A stretch of 64,000 nt of DNA from Octopus sinensis (Eukaryota): positions 1,922,001 through 1,986,000 of the forward strand of contig NC_043025.1 in the NCBI RefSeq assembly GCF_006345805.1. The letters are read 5' to 3'. A program made the translations under genes and the position numbers. The first letter of the stretch is position 1. Each line of letters starts with the position of its first letter. This document shows positions 40,152-50,718 of this stretch, in pieces. The notes beneath the pieces were generated by a model that was given only the letters and a program-made list of their open reading frames with translations, was not told where the DNA came from and did no database searches.

Positions 40152-40775
40152 GTGTGTGTGTGTACGTATGTATGTGTATGTGTAAGTATGTATGTATATA
40201 TATATATGTATGTATGTATATGTTTGCATGTATAAACCTTTTAATATATTGTCCCAGCATGGTCGCAGCCCAGTAACAGAAACAAGTAAAAGATAAAATA
40301 TACAGGCACACAACTACCACCACCACCACCACCACCACCACCACCACCACCATCACCACCACCATCACCACCACCACCACCACCACCACCACCATCACCA
40401 CCACCACCACCACATACTAATGCCACCAATATTCTGTAGAGAATTTAAAATCTCATTGTTAGGACACAAAATGAGGTGTCAGTCAGATGTAAACACACAC
40501 ACACACACACGCGCGTGTGTTAATATGTGTGTCTGCATACTTATAGAGAGATAACAAGAGGGAGAGAGATAGCTATGCATACAGGAACAAATATATGTTT
40601 CCATGAGTGGATCTCTCTGTCTCTCTTTCTTCCTCCTCCCTCTCTCTCAATATATATATATATATATACATGTACATATATGCTTGTATTTCTCTACATA
40701 CATATATACATCTATCTATCTATCTATATATATATATATATTGATATACGCTGATATACATATACACAGGTACCT

Positions 40776-40810
<35 letters not shown>

Positions 40811-40909
40811 CATATATATATATGTATATATATATATATGTATATATATGTATATATATATATATATACATATATATACATATATATAGATATCCATATA
40901 TAAATATAT

Positions 40910-40955
<46 letters not shown>

Positions 40956-41319
40956 TATTTTATATATGGATATAATATAATATTGATATACGCTGATACA
41001 CAAATACACATGTACCTACACACACACACACACGTTATCATTAGTTCTGTCCCACCCACAATACACCGCCCCCACCAAATCTCAGCATCCCAGTCCAACT
41101 TGATATCTCTCCTGTCGCAAACATCAAAATGCCTCCAATGAATTCTAATGGAGAATTTTTATTTTTACTGAAATTTTCTTTTTCTTATTACTTTCTCTTA
41201 TTCATTTTTCCTTTTTTGTTTTGTCTTCTGTCAGTCACGTAAAAGCACCCCACCCCATGCACATATACACACGTGCACACCATATATATATGTATGTGTG
41301 CGATGTATATATATATAAT

Positions 41320-41492
<173 letters not shown>

Positions 41493-41639
41493 TATATATA
41501 TATATATTTATGTTTATATTGTGTTAGATAAATAAATGAGAAAATATTTGAAATGTTACATATAGGAACTCGATAAAATACTGCAAAGTAACTGGCAGCA
41601 AAACGGGAGTGTCTCCAGTTTTGTGTGTGTGTGTGTATA

Positions 41640-42110
41640 TCATCATCATCATCATCATCATTTAATGTCCGCTTTCCATGCTGGCATGGGTTGGACGGTT
41701 CAACTGGGGTCTGGGAAGCCAGAAGGCTGCATCAGGCCCAGTCTGATCTGGCAGTGTTTCTACGGCTGGATGCCCTTCCTAACGCCAACCACTCCGTGAG
41801 TGTAGTGGGTGCTTTTTATGTGCCACCCGCACAGGTGCAAGACGGAGCTGGCAAACGGCCACGGACTCATGGTGCTTTTTACGTGCCACCGGCATGGGGG
41901 CCAGGCGAGGCTGGCAAACGGCCACGGACGCATGGTGCTTTTTACGTGCCACCGGCACGGGGGCCAGGCGAGGCTGGCAACGGCCACGAACGGATGGTGC
42001 TTTTACGTGCCACCGGCACGGAGGCTAGTCGGGGCGGCACTGGTAACGGCCACGATCGGATGGTTCGCTTACTTGTCACCGGCACTGGTATCACAGATGT
42101 AATTTCCATT
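41640..42110 (+). mobile_element. Family E element with 62-63 bp internal tandem expansion x4
   Basis: catcatcatttaatgtccgctttccatgctggcatgggttggacgg start; ggtgc recurs at 41808, 41871, 41934 and 41996. Confidence 0.85.
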
Positions 42111-42429
42111 GATGTTGATCGACTTCGATTTTGGTTCTGCTTTCTGATATCTGATTTGATTTGGATTTTGGATTTTCACTTGCCTCAACGGGTCTTCACA
42201 AGTGGGGTTTTGTGTCCCAAGAAGGAAAGGTATGTATATGTATAAGTCGACTGGCTACATACCAGGTAGAGGTCATGGGTTATGGTCTCACTAGTCTTGC
42301 CGGGTCCTCTCACGAACAGCATACTTCCATAGGTCTCGGTCTCTAGTCATTTCCTTGGTGAGAGCTAAAGTTCGAAGGTCGTGCTTCACTGAAAAGTAAC
42401 ACACGAGTTAATATGTATAAGGAAAATAA

Positions 42430-42801
42430 GACAAGGTTGAAAATGCCAAAATAATTTTATCATGAAGAACATTTTAGAACCGGTTCCAGTCTTTGCGACA
42501 TTTTCAGCTTAAAGTAAAGCATGAAGTGCAATTAAATGGTGGAAAAATTAAATGAAATGTTTTAAAAAATATTTCCATAGTTTTAAAATGCAAGGGACAT
42601 TTTCTTTCCTTTAGCTTGTCTCTGTCTCTCTTTTTCACTCTTTGAAAACAATGGAAATATTTAAAAAGAAAAATTCCATTTAATTTTTCCACAGTTTAAT
42701 TGTTTTTCATGCTTTACTCTAAGTTGAAGAATTCGCAAAGGCTGAAACCGGTACTAAAATGTTCTTCTTGATAAACTTATTTTAGCATTTTCTACCTTGT
42801 C
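42430..42801. repeat. Long inverted repeat (~160 bp arms) with decayed hammerhead motifs
   Basis: 42430-42590 vs 42640-42801; the right arm contains ttgaaga-attcgcaaaggct-gaaac-cg-gta-ctaa. Confidence 0.8.
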
Positions 42802-42820
42802 GTATTTCCTTATATATACA

Positions 42821-42890
<70 letters not shown>

Positions 42891-42969
42891 ATATATATAT
42901 ATATGTATGTATGTATATATATATGTATATATATGTATATAACTTTATATTGAATGGAAGATATGAAAT

Positions 42970-43013
42970 CCACCTGATGAATGTCATTTGAAGACAGGAA
43001 ACAATTGTAGTGG
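42970..43013 (+). ncRNA. Minimal type-I hammerhead ribozyme motif
   Basis: CCAC-CUGAUGA-A-UGUC(AUUUGAA)GACA-G-GAAAC-AAUU-GUA-GUGG, with canonical core and palindromic tetraloop. Confidence 0.8.
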
Positions 43014-43104
43014 CGATTTATTTACTTTATATTAAAATAATTTTTTTTATGTATTGATTAAGTCTTTCCTTGTTTGATTTACAAAATAGTGGTTTTGTCT
43101 CTAA

Positions 43105-43204
<100 letters not shown>

Positions 43205-44373
43205 CATGGGATGGACAAAATAATGGAAACACCTTAAAATTTCAAACAAATTTATTTTAATGTGGGGTAAAACCGCCTTTGGCAGTAATTACAGCTTGAA
43301 TTCTATGAGGTATGAACTCATTCTTCAGCTGAAACAATCTCCAGTTCTTGTAGTGTTGATGGTGGAGGATATCGACTCCTTACTTGTTTTTCTAAAATGT
43401 GCAATAAACGTTCAATAATATTGAGATCTGGGGACTGTGGTGGCCAGATAAGCTGTTCAGCTTCACTGGAATGTTCCTTGTGCTATTCAGTAACAACTTT
43501 AGCTGTGTGAATTGGTGCATTATCATCCTGAAGGATTGCGTTTCCCCCCGGAAACAGTTCCGCAACCATAGGATGAATTTGATCAGTTAAAATGCTTAAA
43601 TAGTCTTGACTATTAATTCTGCCATGAAGGGAAACCATTAGGCCGGTGAATTTCCAAGATATAGCCCCTCAGATCATCACAGGTCCTCCTCCGTGTTTAA
43701 CAGTTGTAAGTAGGCAGTCTGGGTCAAATGCTTCTTTTGGCTGTCTCCACACGTATACTCGGCCGGTGGTTGGAAATAAGATAAAGAATAACTATATCCA
43801 AGAAAATAACATTCTTCCACTGCTCCAGGGACCAATTCTGTAGGTTTTTACTCCACTCTAAATGCTTAGCAACATTTGTTTTTGAAAGTAATGGTTTTCT
43901 GATTGCAGCCCTCCTATGAAATCTGGCTTTGTGCAGCTCCCAGTGAACAGTTTTTGTGGAAACTTGGTTCTGGAGGTGGTCATTAAGCTCTGCAGTAATT
44001 TTGGGAGCTGTACTTTTGTGATCCTTTCTAACAATTCCTGTAAGAGTCCGACGGTCCCTATCAGAAAGTTTTGCTTTTCTTCTGGAGTTTTGTTTCGACG
44101 AGGAGGGTTTTCCCTGTTTTTCAAAGGCTGTCATTACTTTCCAGACGGTACTTCTTGATACACCAAACATTTCAGCTATTTTCGTTACGCTAGCACCTGC
44201 CATACGAGCACCAACAATTTGACCTCTTTGAAAGTCCGATAGACCTGTCATTTTAATGAAATTTAATTACCTTTTTCTGATGATACCTGAAAAGAAACAA
44301 CAATTTTAGCAAAACGTATTAAGCAACACTAATAATAAATAAAAGAACATAAAAATAAACAAGTTTTTGACAG
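43205..44373 (-). mobile_element. Tc1-superfamily DNA transposon pseudogene with DD36E spacing; one TIR retained
   Basis: ORF 43724-44251 encodes the paired-like HTH region (LSDFQRGQIVGARMAGASVTKIAEMFGVSRSTV...RKPLLS...WKNVIF). After a frameshift come GRVYVWR, VKHGGG, QDDNAPIH and WPPQSPDLNIIE, with internal stops. TA-flanked terminus catgggatggacaaaataatggaaacacc at 43205. Confidence 0.9.
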
Positions 44374-44386
44374 TTATATATATATA

Positions 44387-44607
44387 TGTTTCTTTATTAC
44401 TCACAAGGGACTAAACACAGAGAGGACAAACAAGGACAGACAAACGAATTAAGTCGATTACATCGACCCCAGTGCGTAGCTGGTACTTAATTTATCGACC
44501 CCGAAAGGCAAAGTCGACCTCGGTGGAATTTGAACTCAGAACGTAACGGCAGACGAAATACGGCTACGCATTTCGCCTGGCGTGCTAATGATTCTGCCAG
44601 CTCGCCG
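44387..44607 (-). mobile_element. tRNA-derived SINE family B, full length, antisense
   Basis: Minus strand reads ggcgagctggcagaatcattagcacgccagg...gttcaaattccaccgaggtcgactttgcc...ccttgtgagtaataaagaaac. Confidence 0.88.
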
Positions 44608-44823
44608 CATTCTGAGGTATACGGATATACATACATATACACACACGCACACTTATGTGCGTGTGTGTGTGTGTGTGTCTGTGTGTGTGTGTGTGTACAT
44701 GTATGTATATCCGTATACTTCAGAATGAAGTGTTAGGCGAGTATAACATTTCATTCTGAAACATTTGTATTGAGTTTTACACCAGGTGATTAGTCTGGCA
44801 ATGCGTAAGCGAAAGACTGAAAT

Positions 44824-44857
<34 letters not shown>

Positions 44858-44858
<1 letters not shown>

Positions 44859-45469
44859 TGCAACCGTATGTGTAGGCTATGTCATGTTTCTGTGGAAGCC
44901 ATTACGCATAAAGTTAGCAGCTGTCCTAAAATGTCATCACGGAACTTCCTCCCTATGCGGCACGATGTTGTTGCTAAAACAATTTACAATTTACAATGCC
45001 ATCCGCAAAAAAGACTGTCCTGAAATGAACTTAGAAAATCCCTCTGTTATGCAATACATTCATAAACACTAACTCAAGGAATACTGGCGGAATATTCCCA
45101 TCAGAACGTCTGTCAAATGTAAGCATAACAGGCTGGATATTGTTAGTTGGGACAGAGGGGCAAAGGTATGTGCCATCATAGTGGTTAGCTGCCTTGCAAA
45201 TATAAATATCTCTTTGAAAATCAAAAGAAAAATAGGATATCTAAGGACAACTGCTTCGAAACCTCCAGCTTCTATATCCAGACCATGAATTCATATTCAT
45301 ACCAATAATAATTGGAGCAATAGGTTTTGCTAGTAAATGCTTAAAGGAGAATCTGGATAAACTGGGATTTTCAGAAAGAGAAATCGACTGGTTAATTCAT
45401 ACATTACAAGGGCAATCTGTGAGTGGAACAGAAAAAATATGCAAGACTTTTCTCAAGTTCCAAATGTGA
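44858..45469 (+). pseudogene. R4/Dong-clade LINE 3' end: CCHC knuckle plus restriction-like endonuclease (decayed)
   Basis: CRLCHVSVEAITHKVSSCPK, RHDVVAKTIY, KHNRLDIV, QLLYPDHEFIFIPIIIGAIG, QSVSGTEKICKTFLKFQM*. Confidence 0.85.
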
Positions 45470-45614
45470 ATTTGTCTGTATTAACTTCATTTCAAAGATG
45501 GAGATTTGTATCTTTGTTGGAAACAGGCTCCCTCCTCAGTGGAAGATTTATAATAGTTAAAAAATAGAATACATATGTAACTACATGCATGCCGTTGCCG
45601 ATTTCAACTTTCTC

Positions 45615-45650
45615 CTTTATGATGAAGAGCTATGCTCGAAATGTCAAAAC
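45615..45650 (+). ncRNA. Decayed hammerhead motif
   Basis: cttt-AUGAUGA-A-GAGC(UAU)GCUC-GAAAU-GUC-aaa; two core-adjacent substitutions. Confidence 0.5.
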
Positions 45651-46488
45651 TCTCTTCTTTCACCGAGCGTCAAGCTAATACATTGCATATGTATGTCCTC
45701 GTTTTGTCCGTTTTTATTTGATAATTTGAATTGACTATATATGTATACTCACACACACATACACACATATGTATATATGTCTGTATATCTGTGTGTGTAT
45801 GTGTGTGCTCTGCATGATGGGCTTCCTCACAGTTTCAATCTAACTAATCCTTTCACAAGGCATTGGTTGTCTTGGAGTTAAAGTAGAAAACACTTGCCCA
45901 TGGTGCTGTGCAGTGGAACTGAACCAGGAACCGTGTAATTGCAAAGTGAGTTTCTAAGTCACATATTTATGAATGATAAAGACATAGAGAAGAAACAGAG
46001 CATAATTAGATGTTGAAAGGATGCGGTGAAGGTTAAAGAAGAGAGATAAAGAAATGAACGAAGATAAATGAAAAGAGCAGAAGATACAGACGAAAGAAAG
46101 ACAAACAACCGACTTAACAATTAATAATGGCTAAAAATCGCTGAAGTAAAAGTGATTTCTGAAAAAAAAAGATGAAGGAAAAATGGAGGAAAAACACTGA
46201 ATGATGGCTGAAGAAACGAGAGGAACAAAAGTGAACAACGATAATGGACTGATTTTGGAGAAAAGAAAAATTAAGGTAGAAGAAGCAGGAGACAAGAGGG
46301 AAAAAAATTCAAGAAAAATACTGAGACATGGCTTAAGGTTAAGAAGGTGAGCTTGTGACCATGTGTTTCTAGGTTCCATCCCACTGCGTGGCTCGTCTTG
46401 GGTAAATGTCTTCAATAATAGCCCTGGGTCGACCAATGCCATTGTGAGTGAAAATTTGATACATGGAAATGTGTGGGAGCCTATTGTA

Positions 46489-46542
<54 letters not shown>

Positions 46543-46665
46543 CATGCGTGCACGCATGTACACACACATATACATACATAAATATATATATATGTATACA
46601 CATACACACAGATATATATATATATTCATACATGCACACATATATAAATTTATACATACATATAG

Positions 46666-46887
46666 TACGAGTGGATGCTGAAAAGTTCCTGGTTTTGGGT
46701 AAAAGAAAATACAGGACGATCAGTTAATTATGATTTTATTCACCATATTCCCTTCTCAGGTTCACACACTTACTGCAGGGGGTCCTTCAGTTTTTCTAAA
46801 CCCTGTAAAAGAACTCGGAAGTTTGGGCCTCCAACTAGGCCTTTTGTGATACCCTTAAAGTCAGGAACTTCCCAGCACTCACTCTTA
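46666..46887. mobile_element. Mariner-type MITE with TA target sites
   Basis: TA-cgagtggatgctgaaaagttcctggtttt ... ttaaagtcaggaacttcccagcactcactct-TA. Confidence 0.8.
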
Positions 46888-46929
46888 TATAAAGATGATG
46901 ATGATGATGATGATGATCAGACTTCTGTG

Positions 46930-47420
46930 AGTTTTTGCAAGGTTTTTACAGCTGGATGCCCTTCCTAGCACCAACCACCCAACAGAGTGGACTTAGTGCT
47001 TTTTATGTGGCACAAGCACAGGTGAGGTCAGTTTTGGCAAGGTTTCTACAGCTGAATGCCCTTCCTAGCACCAACCACCCAACAGAGTGGACTTAGTGCT
47101 TTTTATGTGGCACAAGCACAGGTGAGGTCAGTTTTGGCAAGGTTTCTACAGCTGAATGCCCTTCCTAGCACCAACCACCCAACAGAGTGGACTTAGTGCT
47201 TTTTATGTGGCACAAGCACAGGTGAGGTCAGTTTTGGCAAGATTTCTACAGCTGGATGCCCTTCCTAGCACCAACCACCCAACAGAGTAGACTTAGTGCT
47301 TTTTATGTGGCACAAGCACAAGTGAGGTCAGTTTTGGCAAGGTTTCTACAGCTGAATGCCCTTCCAAACACCAACCACTTTACCCTGTGGACTGGATGCT
47401 TTTAAGTGCCACCTACACTG
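46930..47420. repeat. 100-bp minisatellite (~5 copies) derived from a family E element
   Basis: cttcc(t/a)a(g/a)ca recurs at 46961, 47061, 47161, 47261 and 47361. Confidence 0.95.
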
Positions 47421-47719
47421 GCAGAGTCACCAAGTAATTTTCAAGGCAAAAGAGGTCTTTTGAGAGGTGAGGGAGCATTGGAGGAGGTGATCTTGTGTTA
47501 GGTGATGAAAGGTTAGAGTGTGACAGGGAGACAGAAACAGGGGTTAAACTAAAGCGTTTGATCCGAGCAAAAAATAAACAAAAATAAAATAGTGTAATCA
47601 GCGTAAAACAACTTTAGTTTAACTCCAGTTGTTTTACACCTATTACACTATTTTTCTTTTGTTTTTTTTTGCTTGGATCAAATGCTTTAGTTTAACCGAA
47701 AGAGGTGCCTGTAGAGAAG

Positions 47720-47772
<53 letters not shown>

Positions 47773-48738
47773 AGGAAAGAGGAGAGAAAGAGGTGTGCTG
47801 CTGCAAAGGAGATACATGGTTACCCAGCCTGAGGGAAGAGCAGGAGAAGGAGAGAGAAAGAAAGAAAGAGAGAGGGTGGGAGACAACAGGATAGAGATGG
47901 TGGCAAAGTTAGGCATACTCACAAGGGATGGTCATAAATGGGATGGTCGAGTAAAGGCAGAGAGAGATCTAGATAGTGGGAAGTGTCAGGGCAAACTCTT
48001 GAGGTTCAAAGGTCATAATATAAGTGGCAGGACATTGCCAAAAAAAGCGTGATTAGGGGGTTCAGAGGGGTGGAGCATGGTGAAAATCTGGGTATATATA
48101 GAGTGGGGACTACCGGATAGCAATGATACGGAGAAAGAGGGCCGTAAAGGACAGGGCCGAGGGGTGAGAAGTAGGCGTAGTGTATGAAAGAGGAAATGTG
48201 AGGAAGAGAAGAGATGTTGGTGTAGGGTGGGTGGAAAGTTTTCTGGTCGTGTGTGGGTGGAACAAACAGGTCAGGGGCTAGCGGACATATATACTTCGTT
48301 TTTATATCTGGTTTGAAAGATTCTTTATGTGAATTTGTGTGTTGGAACAAATTTTGTTGTGTCTGGTGGAAGTCAAACTACCTTAATATCTAACACACTC
48401 ACTGGTTCAGTTTCCATTCATTAAGTATTTTTTGCTTCTTTTCCGAAATTTTCGTTGATTTCGCAACCTCTGTCTCTTTTTAATTGTTGGAAATATTCGC
48501 TCTGCAAGCTGGCCAGCATTGGGGTCCCATAACAGGATTTATGTAGGCCATATGGCCCTTCCGTAATCTGTTCAGTGTAGGAACATTGTTGTTGAATGGT
48601 TGGAAATTTTATGTTTTGGAAGAGAAAAAAAAGAAACCAATAAATGAGTGGAAATTGAAGCTGGTGAGTGTGTCAGATATTAAGGTAGTGTGACCCTCCC
48701 AAAACACAACAAAATATATATTTATATATATCATTTCG

Positions 48739-49282
48739 AGAAGAAGAAGAAGAAGAAGAAGGAGGAGGAGGAGGAGGAAAAGGAGAAGAAGAAGGAGGAG
48801 AAGAAGGAGAAGGAGAAGGAGGAGAAGAAGAAGAGAGAGAAAAGGAAGAAGGAGGAGGAGATGGAGGAGAAGAAGAAGGAGGAGAAGAAGAAGGAGAGAG
48901 AGAAAAGGAAGAAGGAGGGGAGATGGAGAAGAAGAAGGAGGAGAAGGAGGAGAAGAAGAGGAAGAGAGAGAAAAGGAAGAAGGAGGGGAGATGGAGAAGA
49001 AGAAGAAGAAGAAGAGAGAGAAAAGGAAGAAGGAGGAGGAGATGGAGGAGAAGAAGAAGGAGGAGAAGAAGAAGGAGAAGAAGAAGAAGAAGAGAGAGAA
49101 AAGGAAGAAGGAGGGGAGATGGAGAAGAAGAAGGAGGAGAAGGAGGAGAAGAAGAAGAAGAAGAAGAAGAAGAAGAGAGAGAAAAGGAAGAAGGAGGGGA
49201 GATGGAGGAGAAGAAGAAGGAGGAGAAGAAGAAGAAGAAGAGGGGGGAAGAAGGAGGAGAAGAGGGAGGAGAGGAAGAAGAG
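48739..49282. repeat. Pure polypurine (GAA/GGA)n tract
   Basis: ~540 bp of A/G with only sparse T; explains the Glu/Lys/Arg ORFs. Confidence 0.95.
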
Positions 49283-49700
49283 GAACAACAACAACATATG
49301 AAGAAGAATATTAGTAATGGGCAAATGGTTCAAATGTGATAAAAGAATGAAAGAAAACAAAAGGAAGAAAGAAAGGAAGGAAAGAAATGAAGGAAGAAAT
49401 GAAGGAAGGAGGGTGGATGCGATGGGTGTTATGAATGAAACGCCAGCATAGAAGAAGGAATGGAGAGAATGTAAGGAATCCTTTATGAGGAATTGAAATG
49501 TTTTGGAAGAGCGGAGAGGAGACATTCAAGAGAGAAACAACAGAAGGACAGGATGGCCACTTTGGATTGGATAAACAACTGCTTCACAAGTGCATCTCCC
49601 ATCGCTCAGCCTGCCTTTGTTTGTTTGTTTCTTTCTTTCGTCCTTTCTTTCTTTTCTTTCTTTCTTTATTTGTGTATGTGTTTATACATACATACTTACA

Positions 49701-49733
<33 letters not shown>

Positions 49734-50212
49734 TTGTAAAAAATGAAGTTCGAAAATGCTGCTGTATTATACAATTTTTAATTTTTATATATGCATTATA
49801 ACATGTTTCAGTTCCTGAAATGAACCTTATCAAAAAAAGTTATATATAAAAAGAGACAGCTCATGCCGTCAAACACAAGAAATTCATTTATAATACACAA
49901 CGGAGTCAGACATCTTAGAGTTCATGTATAGTTGATATATAGTTCATGTATAGTTGATATATAGTTTGAAGTATATGTTCAAAGTGTTCGATGCAGTGGC
50001 CCACGGTGGCGATACGTATTCAATACAAAAAACAGATCAAAGTGGTGGAAAGCGGTCAATACAGAAGATTGATGTTTCCGAAAGAGCGAGGAATTCATTT
50101 TTACCTTAAGCAATTGTGATGACCCATGGTGGAAGTTCGCTGGGTGGTTCTAGTGATTTTTTGTGAAATGCTGGTTTTATAATGCCTGTTAGGTGGTCAA
50201 TCTAGCGTAGCG

Positions 50213-50546
50213 TGACGTCATCAATGTTTTGACCAATCGTTTCGTTAGGTGGCTTTAATCAAGTGGAACGGGACGTCATCATTATTTTGACCAATCGCTG
50301 CATTATAACTCCCCTTGTTTGTTTCCTGTCTTGACCAGTCGCTTCGTTAGTCAAGCATAGCGGGATGTCATCCAGATTCTGCCCAATCACGATTTATAGC
50401 TACATTAGATCTGCCCCCTGTCTGTACTTGTTAGGTGACTATTCAAGCAGAAAAGGACGTCATCAATATTCTGACTAATGACTGTCCCCTGTTTGTATCC
50501 TGTCCATTCTAGCAGAGCTAGACGTCATCAAACTTGTTGACCAATC
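50213..50546. promoter_or_regulatory. Array of five CRE-like + CCAAT modules in the PLE 3' region
   Basis: GACGTCA-type motif ending at 50220, 50278, 50370, 50462 and 50527. CCAAT (one CTAAT) follows after 12, 12, 12, 12 and 13 nt. Confidence 0.6.
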
Positions 50547-50718
50547 AGAATCGGGTCTGACCCTTAGCTGTATCGTATGTATCAGGGTCAGATTTGCACG
50601 AAAGAATTTTTTTCCCTTTTTTTTTTACTAAGGCATATTTCCGTCAGAGTGAGTGTCTGTTTGAAGTAGTGGCCGTGGTGAAATTTGGTTCTCCTTTTCG
50701 GAGGACTTATCTTTTGTT

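Noticed and set aside
46930-47420. Regular repeats as a CRISPR array (also 19928-20163)
   Set aside because: These are whole-unit tandem repeats without unique spacers, in eukaryotic DNA with no cas genes.
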